Source: an uncultured Bacteroidales bacterium (lineage in GTDB: Bacteria > Bacteroidota > Bacteroidia > Bacteroidales > JAADJA01). Taken from it: a stretch of 40,569 nt of DNA. The notes beneath the pieces are model-generated. The model was given only the letters and a program-made list of their open reading frames with translations. It had not been told where the DNA came from and did not search any database. Location of the stretch: NCBI GenBank assembly GCA_964408535.1, contig CAYOZZ010000144.1, forward strand, positions 1 to 40,569, given 5' to 3'. Made by a program: the position numbers and the translations under genes. Within the stretch, counting starts at the first letter, position 1, and each line of letters starts with the position of its first letter. Shown piece after piece: positions 1 through 9,414 of the stretch.

Positions 1-11
1 ATCCATAACTT

Positions 12-698
12 CTAAAATAAAACAAACAAATTCACCCCGAAAACGCTGGAATAGCCGGCCTCGGTTGTTGAATAAAACTTTTTCACATATAGGTTCATCA
101 CAGGATAAAGTCCTATTTTTATATTTTTATCAAGATTAATATCCGCTCCTAATCCAATAACAAGAGGTACACCGATTTTTTTGTCGTGACAATATGGCGT
201 AAGTCGCTGGCTATCCTCTACTTCGCCATTATTAAATTCCGACTTCTCTTTCGTATAAAGCAGAACTTCCAGTGCCATTCCGGTCTTCACTCCAAAACTA
301 AACCGCCCCTTTCTAATTAAATTCAAGTTAACTGTTATTGGAAATCCGAAAATATAGTATTCCGGTTTTATAGTAGTCAGATAATCCGTATAATTCGGAT
401 CCAGATTATCAACATTTACATTTACACGAAAACTTCGGTATTTGAAATAAACACCGGAAGTAAAACTAATCAACGAACTGTCGTTAAGCCTCTCAACCAT
501 AAGACCAATACTGTAATTATCTGTTATTCTTTCGTTTGTCGGCAAATCCTTATGTTTCTCAAAATATGCGGAAGCAAACTCATACCCGGCATTAAAGCCA
601 AATAAAAATTTGCGTGTTTGTGCATTACTTTCCAGGGAACTCAATCCCAAAAGAACAACCACAAAAACTATTTTATATTTCTTTATATATCTTAACAT
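12..698 (-). CDS. Outer-membrane beta-barrel protein (porin-like), substrate unknown
   Basis: ORF 12..740. The Met at 698 gives a clean signal peptide MLRYIKKYKIVFVVVLLGLSSLESNAQ. The sequence has an alternating beta-strand hydrophobicity pattern and an aromatic C-terminus (NLFVLF) typical of OM barrels. The choice of start (698 vs 740) is uncertain. Confidence 0.6.
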   Translation of the reverse strand: MLRYIKKYKIVFVVVLLGLSSLESNAQTRKFLFGFNAGYEFASAYFEKHKDLPTNERITDNYSIGLMVERLNDSSLISFTSGVYFKYRSFRVNVNVDNLDPNYTDYLTTIKPEYYIFGFPITVNLNLIRKGRFSFGVKTGMALEVLLYTKEKSEFNNGEVEDSQRLTPYCHDKKIGVPLVIGLGADINLDKNIKIGLYPVMNLYVKKFYSTTEAGYSSVFGVNLFVLF

Positions 699-1197
699 CC
701 TCTCCATCATCTTTATAAAGCATATAATAAATAACCTCATTATTATAATAAATTTTCACATATTCAATTATCTGATAGGCACAACGATCAGTATAAGTTC
801 CTTTAACAGTTACTTTTAGCGTATCCTTATCATAATCATTGTAAGAAAAAATATAATATTTAGTCAACGGAGCCCTTAATGCAGCCTCAATTTCCTGATA
901 ACGATTATCACCATAAGAAAAAAACTCTATTACCCCTCTATCACATTCATTCCCGTACTGATCATAAACTTTGAAATTCTGGTAAGTGTAATCAGGATTT
1001 TGATTATTGAAAAAGTTCTCTCCGGTTTCAGGATTCAGAACAACAAAGCCAAACCCAAACCATTCAAAAAACGAATCACCATCACATGGCTCCATACAGG
1101 AGGGAGTTAAGAGCAAAGGTATTGCAAATAAGAGGGATACAAACTTTAGTCTGGAAATTTTCAATACCGGTGCCAGATTAATACTTATAAATTTCAT
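673..1197 (-). CDS. Hypothetical exported protein or lipoprotein
   Basis: ORF 673..1236. The internal Met at 1197 gives a signal-like MKFISINLAPVLKISRLKFVSLLFAIPLLLTPSC. A TAtcTTTG -7 box at 1234..1241 on the minus strand overlaps the longer start, which favours 1197. No family recognised. Confidence 0.5.
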   Translation of the reverse strand: MKFISINLAPVLKISRLKFVSLLFAIPLLLTPSCMEPCDGDSFFEWFGFGFVVLNPETGENFFNNQNPDYTYQNFKVYDQYGNECDRGVIEFFSYGDNRYQEIEAALRAPLTKYYIFSYNDYDKDTLKVTVKGTYTDRCAYQIIEYVKIYYNNEVIYYMLYKDDGEDVKIYKEI

Positions 1198-1233
1198 TTT
1201 TGTATTTTGAGTTTTCAGATTGTATTTCGAAAA

Positions 1234-1241
1234 CAAAGATA
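1234..1241 (-). promoter_or_regulatory. Bacteroidota -7 promoter box (TAtcTTTG)
   Basis: Plus strand reads caaagata, the reverse complement of TATCTTTG. It lies ~37 nt upstream of the ATG at 1197. Confidence 0.4.
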
Positions 1242-1546
1242 AATAAATTTTTTAGATAATAAAGCATATTATAACCTGACTTACCCTCGCCTTTGGCAGG
1301 GCTGCATCCGGTGTTACAAATAGACCGTGCCTCCGGCACTTTTAAATTTTGCTGTATTCTATAGAACTTAGCCAAAAAAAAATAACTATTTTTATCCCAT
1401 ATTTAACATAACAGGTGTTCGGCAAATTGCACGTTCTTACCCTTAAGTCACCTAAAAGGGATTTTTAGATTTTATACAATTTGCGGTACACCCAAAGTAA
1501 CAAATACCGGTAATGCACGTAAAAAATAACAATTATTTCTATATCT

Positions 1547-3010
1547 ATGAAAGTAAAAACATTTGTATCATTGGTAGCCGGAGTAATGTTTTTCAGTGTT
1601 TCGGTTTCGCAGAATATGATCGGCTCATTCTCAGCAACGGGAGCAGGTTACAGTTCAACAGTATTAACCGATTATCAGACGGTAGGCCTTAACCCGGCAA
1701 ATCTGGGCTGGAAGCACAACAGCCATCTTATTAACTTCGGTATTGCCGAAACCGGATTTACCGTATATTCCGAACCCCTTAAACGGTCGCTGGTAAAAGA
1801 ACTCTGGGGAAGTAATGAGAATCAACTTAATACCCTGGAGGAGAAAGATGAGGCAGCCGAGCTATTCAGCAATACAAGGTTAGAAGTACAGGGAAGTGTT
1901 GACGGTATAGGGCTTTCATTTCAGGATGAGAAGATCGGAGGCTTTGCAATAACAGCAAAGGAAAAGTTGTACTGGAACTCTAAACTCGGTGATATGGTGG
2001 CCGACATTATATTTAAGGGATATAATGCCGATTATTTTGATTCACTTGCGGTCTCTCCCGAGGGCGACACTGTTGGGTGGGCTACTGTTCCTGCATTATT
2101 ATCCGATCTTATCGAAAACACACGGATTTCATTGCAATGGTACAGAGAATATAACCTGTCGTATGGAAGAAGTATTATAAACAAAGAAAATATTTCAATA
2201 TATGCGGGAGTAGGATTTAAATATCTTGAGGGTTACAATATGTTCAAATTCGGATATGAGGAAGGCAACGAATATATTGCAGCTGCTGCTCTGAATCCTG
2301 CCGTCGGTATCGCATTCGGGCCGACACCATCGGCAGTGGAGGGGAACAAATATCAGGCTATTGGTCACGGCTGGGGTCTGGATTTCGGCATTTCTGCATT
2401 CCTGTTCAAGCAGTTGCGTATTGCAGCCTCCCTTATTGATTATGGCAGTATAACCTGGGATGGGAATGTTTATACGGTTTCAAACGATTTTGTAAAAAAC
2501 ATCACAGATGAAGGGCTTAACAGCTATAGCATATTCGATCTTCAAAATACGGGAAGTTTTGATAATTTAAAATGGGGAGGCTGGGAAGGTGCCGAGAGCT
2601 ATACAACCGACCTGCCTATGAATATGCGTTTCGGTGCATCATACATATTGAAAAGCAAATATGAATTCGGAACCGATGTTTATGTTCCTATGAACAAAAC
2701 TGCTCCGGGAGCATACACAAATACAATGTTCGGGCTGGGAACAAGATTAATGCCGGTGAAATGGATGAGATTTTCAGCAGGTTTTGTTTACGGCGGTGAA
2801 ACGGGTTACGCAATCCCGGCAGGTATATCATTCTTTCCCTTCAACAACAGCAGTTTTATGTGGGAATTGGGATTTGCCATCAGGGATGTTGCAACCTATT
2901 TCGACCAAACTAAGCCTACTGTTTCGGTTGCACTCGGGTTGTTAAGATTCTCCTTTGGAAACCTTTCAAAGAAATCTGCCGGAAGCGAGACCGAAAATGC
3001 AGGAGGATAG
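1547..3010 (+). CDS. Large outer-membrane beta-barrel protein, unknown function
   Basis: 487 aa. Signal peptide MKVKTFVSLVAGVMFFSVSVSQ. Gly/aromatic-rich alternating strands, with a barrel-like terminal strand (LGLLRFSF) followed by a short tail. Confidence 0.6.
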   Translation: MKVKTFVSLVAGVMFFSVSVSQNMIGSFSATGAGYSSTVLTDYQTVGLNPANLGWKHNSHLINFGIAETGFTVYSEPLKRSLVKELWGSNENQLNTLEEKDEAAELFSNTRLEVQGSVDGIGLSFQDEKIGGFAITAKEKLYWNSKLGDMVADIIFKGYNADYFDSLAVSPEGDTVGWATVPALLSDLIENTRISLQWYREYNLSYGRSIINKENISIYAGVGFKYLEGYNMFKFGYEEGNEYIAAAALNPAVGIAFGPTPSAVEGNKYQAIGHGWGLDFGISAFLFKQLRIAASLIDYGSITWDGNVYTVSNDFVKNITDEGLNSYSIFDLQNTGSFDNLKWGGWEGAESYTTDLPMNMRFGASYILKSKYEFGTDVYVPMNKTAPGAYTNTMFGLGTRLMPVKWMRFSAGFVYGGETGYAIPAGISFFPFNNSSFMWELGFAIRDVATYFDQTKPTVSVALGLLRFSFGNLSKKSAGSETENAGG

Positions 3011-3055
3011 TTGACAAAATATTGTTATTTTAGCCCGGTCAATTTTTCCTGATCT

Positions 3056-4195
3056 ATGAAAATAACATTTATCACATCCGGGCACCTTCCAAAAGATGAT
3101 CGAATATATTATCATCAGGCCCGTACCCTTACGGATACAGGAAACAGTGCAGAAATAATCAGCAGCAAACAAGAATTTTCCGGCTCTGAAAATAGTGTCG
3201 GGTTTAATTGCTTCGAGGATATTTCTTTATCAAAAAAAGATAAAATTGCAAAATTTATAAAGCTGTTACAAAACTCAAAACCGGATATCATAATATGCTC
3301 CGAACCACTGACAATCCTTGCTGCGTCAAGATATAAAAAGCAAACCGATAAAAAACCGAAGATAATTTATGACATCACCGAGTGGTATCCTTCCAAAAAA
3401 TTCCTAACAGGTTACAACTCTGGTTTAAAAGTACCCCGTTTCTTTAAATTACTGATTTTCAATTTAATGATGACCGCAAAAGCTAATGCTTTTATCTTTG
3501 GTGAATGGTACAAAGGAAAACCATACCGCTTTTTATTTCCCGGAAAAAAATTTCTTTATTCAGGATATTACCCTGATTTGAAATACATAAGGTACAGAGA
3601 ACCCGGGATTGAAAAAGAGTTGTTGCGTCTGTCATATTCAGGCAAACTAAGTATTGAAAAAGGGTTCGGAAATTTTCTTGAAACAATAGAATTGCTTACA
3701 CTCAAAAGACCCGGCCTTAAAATTCGTATAAAAATTATCGGATGGTACGATTCCGAAAAGGAACAAAAGATTTTTGAAAAAATGATTGCTTCATTTCCAG
3801 AGAATGTGAGTTTTAAATTTTACCCTATGCAGGATTACCTGACATTCATCGAGTTAATAAATGATACCGATATCTTCCTTGACCTCCGCTCCGACGATTT
3901 TGAAAACCAACGCTGCCTACCGATAAAGTTGTTTTATTATGCCGCTTTAAAAAGACCTGTTATCTTCACCAACCTGAAAGCTATTCGCAAAGAGGTTGAT
4001 ATCAGTAAATTCGGACATCTTGTAAAGCCTGATAATATTGAAACGATTTCCGGTTTGATACTTAATTATATTGACAATCAAACAATTTATAACCGACATT
4101 GCACTTCGGCAAGGAAACTGGCAGAGAGCAAATATAACTGGGGTGCAATAAAAGATGAGTTTACTGAGTTTTTACAAAAATTGATTGAAGAATAA
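3056..4195 (+). CDS. Glycosyltransferase (GT-B fold, group 1/GT4-like)
   Basis: 379 aa. N-terminal MKITFITSG...YYHQARTL and a C-terminal LPIKLFYYAALKRPVIFTN motif resemble GT4 enzymes. Overlaps the next gene by 1 nt (TAATG). Confidence 0.6.
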   Translation: MKITFITSGHLPKDDRIYYHQARTLTDTGNSAEIISSKQEFSGSENSVGFNCFEDISLSKKDKIAKFIKLLQNSKPDIIICSEPLTILAASRYKKQTDKKPKIIYDITEWYPSKKFLTGYNSGLKVPRFFKLLIFNLMMTAKANAFIFGEWYKGKPYRFLFPGKKFLYSGYYPDLKYIRYREPGIEKELLRLSYSGKLSIEKGFGNFLETIELLTLKRPGLKIRIKIIGWYDSEKEQKIFEKMIASFPENVSFKFYPMQDYLTFIELINDTDIFLDLRSDDFENQRCLPIKLFYYAALKRPVIFTNLKAIRKEVDISKFGHLVKPDNIETISGLILNYIDNQTIYNRHCTSARKLAESKYNWGAIKDEFTEFLQKLIEE

Positions 4196-5394
4196 TGCTG
4201 TCGCGCGAAACCATATTCACAATAGTCACACGGTTTGTCGTTTTGATTACAAATTTCGTACTTGTAATGCTTTCGACACATTTCTGGGGTGATGAAGGGC
4301 GCGGACTGATAGCGTTGATAATTGCCGATATATCAATAATTGTAATATTGAATAATGTTTCTTCGGGAGGAACTCTGGCTTTTCACACTCCGAAATTCGA
4401 CAGGGATAAAATTTTCAGTGTGGCATATCCCGGAGCACTGTTAACCACAATAGCCGGGGCAATAATTTTCTCATTTATTCAGGGATTTGATTATTTTCAG
4501 TACCTTTTCGTTATCGCACTGCTTATCTCTTTTGCAACAACTACAAGTTTTTACTGGCTCGGGAAAAAGAATATAAAACTTTATAATCTTTTCACATTAC
4601 TCCCACCCGTTTTGATTCTTGCTTTTCTGATGATTCTCTATTTTCCGATAGGAAAAACCGGTGTTGAAGTATTTTTTTACGCTTATTATCTTTCGTACGG
4701 AAGTGTCTGGATAATAGGGCTTATCTCAATTTTCAACAAATCACGGTTCAGGTTCAGGTTCGACACTAAAATCTCAAAAAGTATTATCATTTACGGTTTT
4801 AAAAGTGAGTTAAGCTATTTTATTCAGTTTCTGAATTACCGGCTCTCCTATTATTTCATCTCCGCCTGGCTCGGGCTTGCCCTTCTCGGTATTTTTTCCG
4901 TGGCAATAGCCATAACCGAGGCGGTATGGGTGGTTAGCAAAAGCATTTCGGCAATTCATTATTCGAATGTAATCAATACGGAGAATCAGGTCGAGAGAAT
5001 CAGATTGACGGAAAAGGCGGCTCTGAATAGCTTTGCAGTTTCATTACTCGCTTTGATTGTGTTGTTTTTCATTCCGGAGGGTGTGTTTACTTTCGTTTTC
5101 GGCGATGACTTTGCAGGAGTTAAAACGCTGACGCTTTATCTTTTCCCGGGCATCATTGCTGTTGCCGTTTCAAATATTTACGGCCACTATTTTTCAGGAA
5201 TCGGAAAGATGAGGGTTCTGATTATCAAATCTTCCATAGGTCTTGCAGCTACTGCCGTTTTTCTGTTTCTTCTGTTAAAAAGATACGAGCTGACCGGTGC
5301 CTGCATAACACTTGATATTGCCTATATCGTTTCTTCGGTTTATCTCTACTTTATGTTTCATCAGGAAAAGAAAAAGATATTAAGGAGGGCTTAA
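4195..5394 (+). CDS. Polysaccharide/oligosaccharide flippase-like polytopic membrane protein (Wzx/MOP superfamily)
   Basis: 399 aa with about 10-12 hydrophobic helices. Translationally coupled to the glycosyltransferase. Confidence 0.5.
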   Translation: MLSRETIFTIVTRFVVLITNFVLVMLSTHFWGDEGRGLIALIIADISIIVILNNVSSGGTLAFHTPKFDRDKIFSVAYPGALLTTIAGAIIFSFIQGFDYFQYLFVIALLISFATTTSFYWLGKKNIKLYNLFTLLPPVLILAFLMILYFPIGKTGVEVFFYAYYLSYGSVWIIGLISIFNKSRFRFRFDTKISKSIIIYGFKSELSYFIQFLNYRLSYYFISAWLGLALLGIFSVAIAITEAVWVVSKSISAIHYSNVINTENQVERIRLTEKAALNSFAVSLLALIVLFFIPEGVFTFVFGDDFAGVKTLTLYLFPGIIAVAVSNIYGHYFSGIGKMRVLIIKSSIGLAATAVFLFLLLKRYELTGACITLDIAYIVSSVYLYFMFHQEKKKILRRA

Positions 5395-5912
5395 ATAAGC
5401 AGAAAATAGTTGTTAATTACCTGAATGGCAGCATTCACCCTGTCTTCTCCTTTGCCGTCAATAATAAAAAACGGGTATTTGTATTTCGCAAGCTCTTCCA
5501 AATAGATATCAAACAATTTTTGTCTTTCAGCAGGATTTTCCCTTAACGGGTCGGATTTCCATTCAAGGTCAATATCCATCAGCAGATGAAGGTCGTAACG
5601 GTGGCTTAACACTTTTTCAAGAATCCATGAATCACAATCGCCGTATTTGAATTCACTCCAGATTTTTGTCACAAACAGGTCGGTATCGCAAAAAAGGTAC
5701 TCATTGGCTTTCGCTGCCATTTCATTTTCCAGTTTAAGCTGACCCTGTGCAATCTTTACGATATCATCTTTTTCATATTTACCGCCTCTTTGCTTAAGAT
5801 ATTCTCTTGCATATTCCGGCACCCATACAGTATTGTAATGCTCCGCCAGTTGTCTGGCAAGCTCCGATTTGCCCGTGCTCTCCGGGCCTGTTATTGCTAT
5901 TCTTTTAACCAT
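5391..5912 (-). CDS. NadR-type AAA ATPase, ribosylnicotinamide kinase domain only
   Basis: 173 aa. Walker A ITGPESTGKS. VWVPEYAREYL and the C-terminal layout match the NadR kinase domain. Sits directly downstream of pnuC. No HTH or NMN adenylyltransferase domain. Confidence 0.7.
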   Translation of the reverse strand: MVKRIAITGPESTGKSELARQLAEHYNTVWVPEYAREYLKQRGGKYEKDDIVKIAQGQLKLENEMAAKANEYLFCDTDLFVTKIWSEFKYGDCDSWILEKVLSHRYDLHLLMDIDLEWKSDPLRENPAERQKLFDIYLEELAKYKYPFFIIDGKGEDRVNAAIQVINNYFLLI

Positions 5913-5928
5913 TTCTATTTTTTTTGAA

Positions 5929-5979
5929 CCATTAAGGAGTTAAGATTAGTTAAGATTTTCTCTTAATGTTCCTTAATGG
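5929..5979 (-). repeat. Intercistronic hairpin built from TTAAG(G/A) units
   Basis: ccattaagga (5929..5938) is the exact reverse complement of tccttaatgg (5970..5979). The inner units gttaaga/tcttaat also pair. The right arm overlaps the pnuC stop codon. Confidence 0.5.
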
Positions 5980-6599
5980 TTTACAACTTTTCTCTTCCAT
6001 TCAACATACCCCATAACCGCAAGAATCAGAAAAACAAGAAACTGGAAGCTGGTGAATACCAACCCCTTATAGGTATAAAGCGGAACGGAAATAACATCAC
6101 CGATAATCCAGAAAATCCAGCTTTCAACCTTCTTTAACGCCATCAGCAACATAGCCACGATAAAGACCGAAGTAGTGAAAGTATCAATATAAGGAACGTC
6201 GGTTGACCAATACTCAACATCATCACCGTTAAAATATTTCAGCAAGGAAATAATCAATATCAACGAAAACACAAACAATCCGCCTGTTATCATCCAGTCC
6301 TTTAACGTGTTGAATGTTATTTTCAATGGAGGTTTATCCGTCTTTCTCGTCCACATATACCACCCGTAAACACTCATTATGAAATAAAAGAGGTTTATTC
6401 CCGCATCGGCAAACAGTTTCACATTAAAACAAATATAAATATAAATCAAAACACTGATTATTCCGGTGGGATAAACCAGTATCTTTTCCTGTTTTGCAAA
6501 CCAAACACTCATAAGTCCGAAAACAACCGCAACAAACTCCAGCCAACTCGTATCCATCAGATTTGCAACAAAAGCATCCGTTAGTGAAGAAACATCCAT
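5973..6599 (-). CDS. pnuC: Nicotinamide riboside transporter PnuC
   Basis: 208 aa, about 7 TM helices. WLEFVAVVFGLMSVWFAKQEKILVYPTG and SVYGWYMW are PnuC-family signatures. Paired with the NadR-like kinase. Confidence 0.8.
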   Translation of the reverse strand: MDVSSLTDAFVANLMDTSWLEFVAVVFGLMSVWFAKQEKILVYPTGIISVLIYIYICFNVKLFADAGINLFYFIMSVYGWYMWTRKTDKPPLKITFNTLKDWMITGGLFVFSLILIISLLKYFNGDDVEYWSTDVPYIDTFTTSVFIVAMLLMALKKVESWIFWIIGDVISVPLYTYKGLVFTSFQFLVFLILAVMGYVEWKRKVVNH

Positions 6600-6660
6600 A
6601 GGTTAAAACTCAAAATTCATCCCGGCAGCTTCCGGGTTTTTCATCAATTATAAACTTCCG

Positions 6661-6668
6661 CAAAAATA
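6661..6668 (-). promoter_or_regulatory. -7 promoter box (TAttTTTG) for pnuC
   Basis: Plus strand reads caaaaata. Lies 62 nt upstream of the pnuC ATG. The leader contains the hairpin cccggaagctgccggg. Confidence 0.4.
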
Positions 6669-6707
6669 AACATTCAGCCGGAATAAAAAATTTCCTTTTA
6701 CCAACAC

Positions 6708-6724
6708 TACTTTTGCTACTTTTG
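6708..6724 (+). promoter_or_regulatory. Two tandem -7 promoter boxes (TActTTTG x2)
   Basis: tacttttg at 6708..6715 and again at 6717..6724, 18-27 nt upstream of the ATG at 6742. Confidence 0.45.
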
Positions 6725-6741
6725 CAGAAAAATTTTTAAAT

Positions 6742-7290
6742 ATGAAATTCATAAAGCATTCTATTCTGTTTATCATCATCGCTCTGTTTGTAAGCAGTTG
6801 TCTGACAGTTGAAAAGAAGGAATATAAATTTGAAATGAAGGATAGTCACTCCGGCACTTTGACGATTACATACATCAACATTATGTCAATGAAAAACGAT
6901 ACGGCCGATATGACTTCCGAAGATTTTAACGAATTACTTTCATCATATATCAACGGAACTGAGATTGAGAAGAACTATCAAAGTGCGATAGTACGGTCAA
7001 AAAGGCTTTATGAGCATAACGGACAACTTTACGGAGAGGTCGTGATTGATTTCTCAAACCTGAAAAGCGTGGGACTTTACCAATACGACAATAAATGTCC
7101 GTATATGTACAGCATCGGAACGGGTGTTGAGTCGGAGACCTTTCTAAGTACCGGCGGTGAATACGGAGGCGATTATATGCCTGTTGTATTCTGGCCAAAA
7201 ACAGAAAAGGTATTGACTCTCACAACACACATAACCACACCCGACGAAACATGCACCAGTCTGCTGGCGCAGTACAAAAAATGGAAGTAA
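6742..7290 (+). CDS. Hypothetical lipoprotein
   Basis: 182 aa. Signal peptide with lipobox (IIIALFVSSC). No family recognised. Confidence 0.55.
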   Translation: MKFIKHSILFIIIALFVSSCLTVEKKEYKFEMKDSHSGTLTITYINIMSMKNDTADMTSEDFNELLSSYINGTEIEKNYQSAIVRSKRLYEHNGQLYGEVVIDFSNLKSVGLYQYDNKCPYMYSIGTGVESETFLSTGGEYGGDYMPVVFWPKTEKVLTLTTHITTPDETCTSLLAQYKKWK

Positions 7291-7303
7291 GCCAGAATGA
7301 TAA

Positions 7304-7330
7304 TAAAAAAGAGCCGTTCCGGCTCTTTTA
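7304..7330. terminator. Bidirectional intrinsic terminator
   Basis: aaaaaaa-GAGCCG-ttc-CGGCTC-tttt between the convergent genes 6742..7290 (+) and 7334..7837 (-). Confidence 0.7.
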
Positions 7331-7333
7331 AAA

Positions 7334-7837
7334 TCACCTTCTTTCATAAGGTAGCGGCGGGCCTCCCCTCCTTTTTCTTTCCGATGCAAGTCTCTTCATC
7401 AAATCAACCCTGAATTGCTTTTCTGCCTCCAATAATATTAAAATCTTCTTTTCGGGGATCACCCCTTTCAGGTCGGATACAAATTTCTTTTTCAGATCAA
7501 GCATTTCCTGATCGTGATTAAGCTGATCGGCAATAAATTGTTGTGCGTCACTTTCCGTCATATCCTCAACCTCTTCAGGGCTAAAGTTATGAGCCTTGCG
7601 AAACTCCCTATTCTTCTCCCTAATCACCTTTTCGTTCGCATTATACACCGGCCAGAATTTTTCGGCTTCCTTTGAAGTAAGGTTTAATCTTTCGGTAAGA
7701 AAAGCAATCTTGTAGCTTTTTATTTTCTCCTGTCTTTCCGGCGTGGGTCTTTCGCCCTGTGCCCGGATGTTAAACGAAATTGCAAATAGCAGGATAACTG
7801 TTGCAACACTGAGCCGATTTACTTTTTTTGTTTTCAT
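7334..7837 (-). CDS. Periplasmic helical protein, third gene of an ECF sigma operon (Spy/CpxP-like)
   Basis: 167 aa. Signal peptide ending in AQ, Lys/Glu-rich helical repeats, Arg-rich tail. Follows the sigma and anti-sigma genes. Confidence 0.5.
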   Translation of the reverse strand: MKTKKVNRLSVATVILLFAISFNIRAQGERPTPERQEKIKSYKIAFLTERLNLTSKEAEKFWPVYNANEKVIREKNREFRKAHNFSPEEVEDMTESDAQQFIADQLNHDQEMLDLKKKFVSDLKGVIPEKKILILLEAEKQFRVDLMKRLASERKRRGGPPLPYERR

Positions 7838-7849
7838 AATTTAATGTGT

Positions 7850-8353
7850 TTATAAATTTAATAACAATTCAATATTATCCATATCTTCATCCGACAGATA
7901 CTCAATTACCTCATCATCAGAGATATCCGAATCCCGGAATAAATCTCTTTCATCATCCGAATTTGCCAAAAAAATCTCGATAATATCCTCCTCGTTCACG
8001 TCATCGAAAAAGTATGGATTTTCCTGTAAAACCTCGGTCAAAGTAATATCCGGAATAATCTGTATCTCATTTTTACTTTTGTTAAAAACAGTAAAAAACA
8101 AAAAAACAATTATTGTAATTATTCCGGCAAGACCTGCTGCATAGCCCGGTTTCAGGGATAACCTTTTCATAACCGACACCAAAGGATTTACCTTAGGTTT
8201 ACCGATACGATCAGCAATAGTTAAAGGAAGTTTTTCAAAATAGCCTTCAGGAACGCTAAAAGGACTTTCCCGCTTTATTCCCTGAAACAATTCCCGAATG
8301 CTTTCAGAATTTTCATTTGCTTTTTCCCGATATGTTTTCCTCTTGTGTGACAT
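7850..8353 (-). CDS. Putative anti-sigma factor (single-pass membrane protein)
   Basis: 167 aa. One TM helix (GYAAGLAGIITIIVFLFFTVF), acidic C-terminal domain. Immediately downstream of the ECF sigma gene. Confidence 0.5.
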   Translation of the reverse strand: MSHKRKTYREKANENSESIRELFQGIKRESPFSVPEGYFEKLPLTIADRIGKPKVNPLVSVMKRLSLKPGYAAGLAGIITIIVFLFFTVFNKSKNEIQIIPDITLTEVLQENPYFFDDVNEEDIIEIFLANSDDERDLFRDSDISDDEVIEYLSDEDMDNIELLLNL

Positions 8354-8385
8354 CGCAATATTTGATTCAGTTTTTAATGAATAGT

Positions 8386-8943
8386 TTAATCCTCTCTTAT
8401 AAATTCTTCTATCTTTTTTACGGCAAAATGGTATGAGGCTTTCAGTGCACCGACACTTGTACCTGTAATTTCCGAAATATCGTCATACTTCATCTCGTCA
8501 AAATATTTCATATTAAAGACCAGCCTCTGTTTTGCAGGCAGGGTAAGCAGGGCTTTTTGCAGTTTGAGCTGCACCTCATCTCCGGTAAACCAGTTGTCAT
8601 CCTCAATTTTTCTTGAAAGTTGCTTTTCATACCCTCCTGCATTCGCCGTTATAAACATCAGTTTACGGTTTTTCTTCTTTAAGAATGCAAGAGCCTCGTT
8701 TACGGCAATCCTGTAAATCCAGGTGTAAAGCTGAGAATCGGTACGGAAACCCGAAAGGTTTTTCCAAACTTTGACAAACGTATCCTGAACAAGGTCATCT
8801 GCATCATCATGAACAATAACCATCCTCCTGATATGCAGATATACCCTCCTTTGATACTTCCTCACAAGCAGATTAAACCCGTAATGACGTGAGCCTTCAT
8901 CACGAAACAATTCCAATATTTTCTTATCGCTTACCTCTGCCAA
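8386..8943 (-). CDS. ECF-type RNA polymerase sigma-70 factor
   Basis: 185 aa. Region 2 (DDADDLVQDTFVKVWKN...YTWIYRIAVN) and region 4 HTH (MKYDDISEITGTSVGALKASYHFAVKKI). Confidence 0.8.
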   Translation of the reverse strand: MAEVSDKKILELFRDEGSRHYGFNLLVRKYQRRVYLHIRRMVIVHDDADDLVQDTFVKVWKNLSGFRTDSQLYTWIYRIAVNEALAFLKKKNRKLMFITANAGGYEKQLSRKIEDDNWFTGDEVQLKLQKALLTLPAKQRLVFNMKYFDEMKYDDISEITGTSVGALKASYHFAVKKIEEFIRED

Positions 8944-9063
8944 TTTGCCGTTTTTTTTGAAACGAAGATAATAACTATTTGATTACTTCGGACGGTGAAG
9001 GTTTAAATGAGAGTTTTGGGATTGTTTTAATGCAAGCATTCTTCCGGCAATTTTATTTAGCCC

Positions 9064-9071
9064 CAAATTTA
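9064..9071 (-). promoter_or_regulatory. -7 promoter box (TAaaTTTG) upstream of the ECF sigma operon
   Basis: Plus strand reads caaattta, ~120 nt upstream of the start at 8943. Confidence 0.35.
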
Positions 9072-9400
9072 CAATAATTTACAGACACTATATTCCCGCC
9101 GTAGAAATAAATAATTCACCCCGGCTACCCAACCGAAAGCAGATACTCGAATGCATCACCCGAAAAGAATTTCACCTGCCGCCCAACTCAATGGCTTCTT
9201 TATCCATATCGTCCATAAACTTTTAAATCAAGGCAACGGTAATTTATTCTATCTGCGATTTAGGGTCGGGTAATCCTCCATCTTTTGCTTTTTCAACAAT
9301 AGCGGTATTTTTAGATATATGAGGAAAACATCTAAACATTTTCCTAAAAATCGAAATAAGTTAATAATTGTTAACTGTTTTTCTGTTTCTGTAAATTTAC

Positions 9401-9408
9401 TATTTTTG
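9401..9408 (+). promoter_or_regulatory. -7 promoter box (TAttTTTG)
   Basis: tatttttg lies 7 nt before the ATG at 9415. This argues against the longer 9319 start. Confidence 0.4.
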
Positions 9409-9414
9409 CATCCG

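Noticed and set aside
1270-1350. Two adjacent hairpins (ccctcgcc-ttt-ggcaggg and gtgcc-tcc-ggcac followed by a T-run) as a possible sRNA
   Set aside because: The stems are short (5-7 bp), there is no promoter box or upstream gene on that strand, and no second copy exists. The evidence is insufficient for a feature call.
9319-9414. N-terminal extension of the OM barrel ORF (MRKTSKHFPKNRNK...)
   Set aside because: A perfect TAttTTTG box sits inside the extension at 9401..9408, and a canonical signal peptide starts at the Met at 9415.
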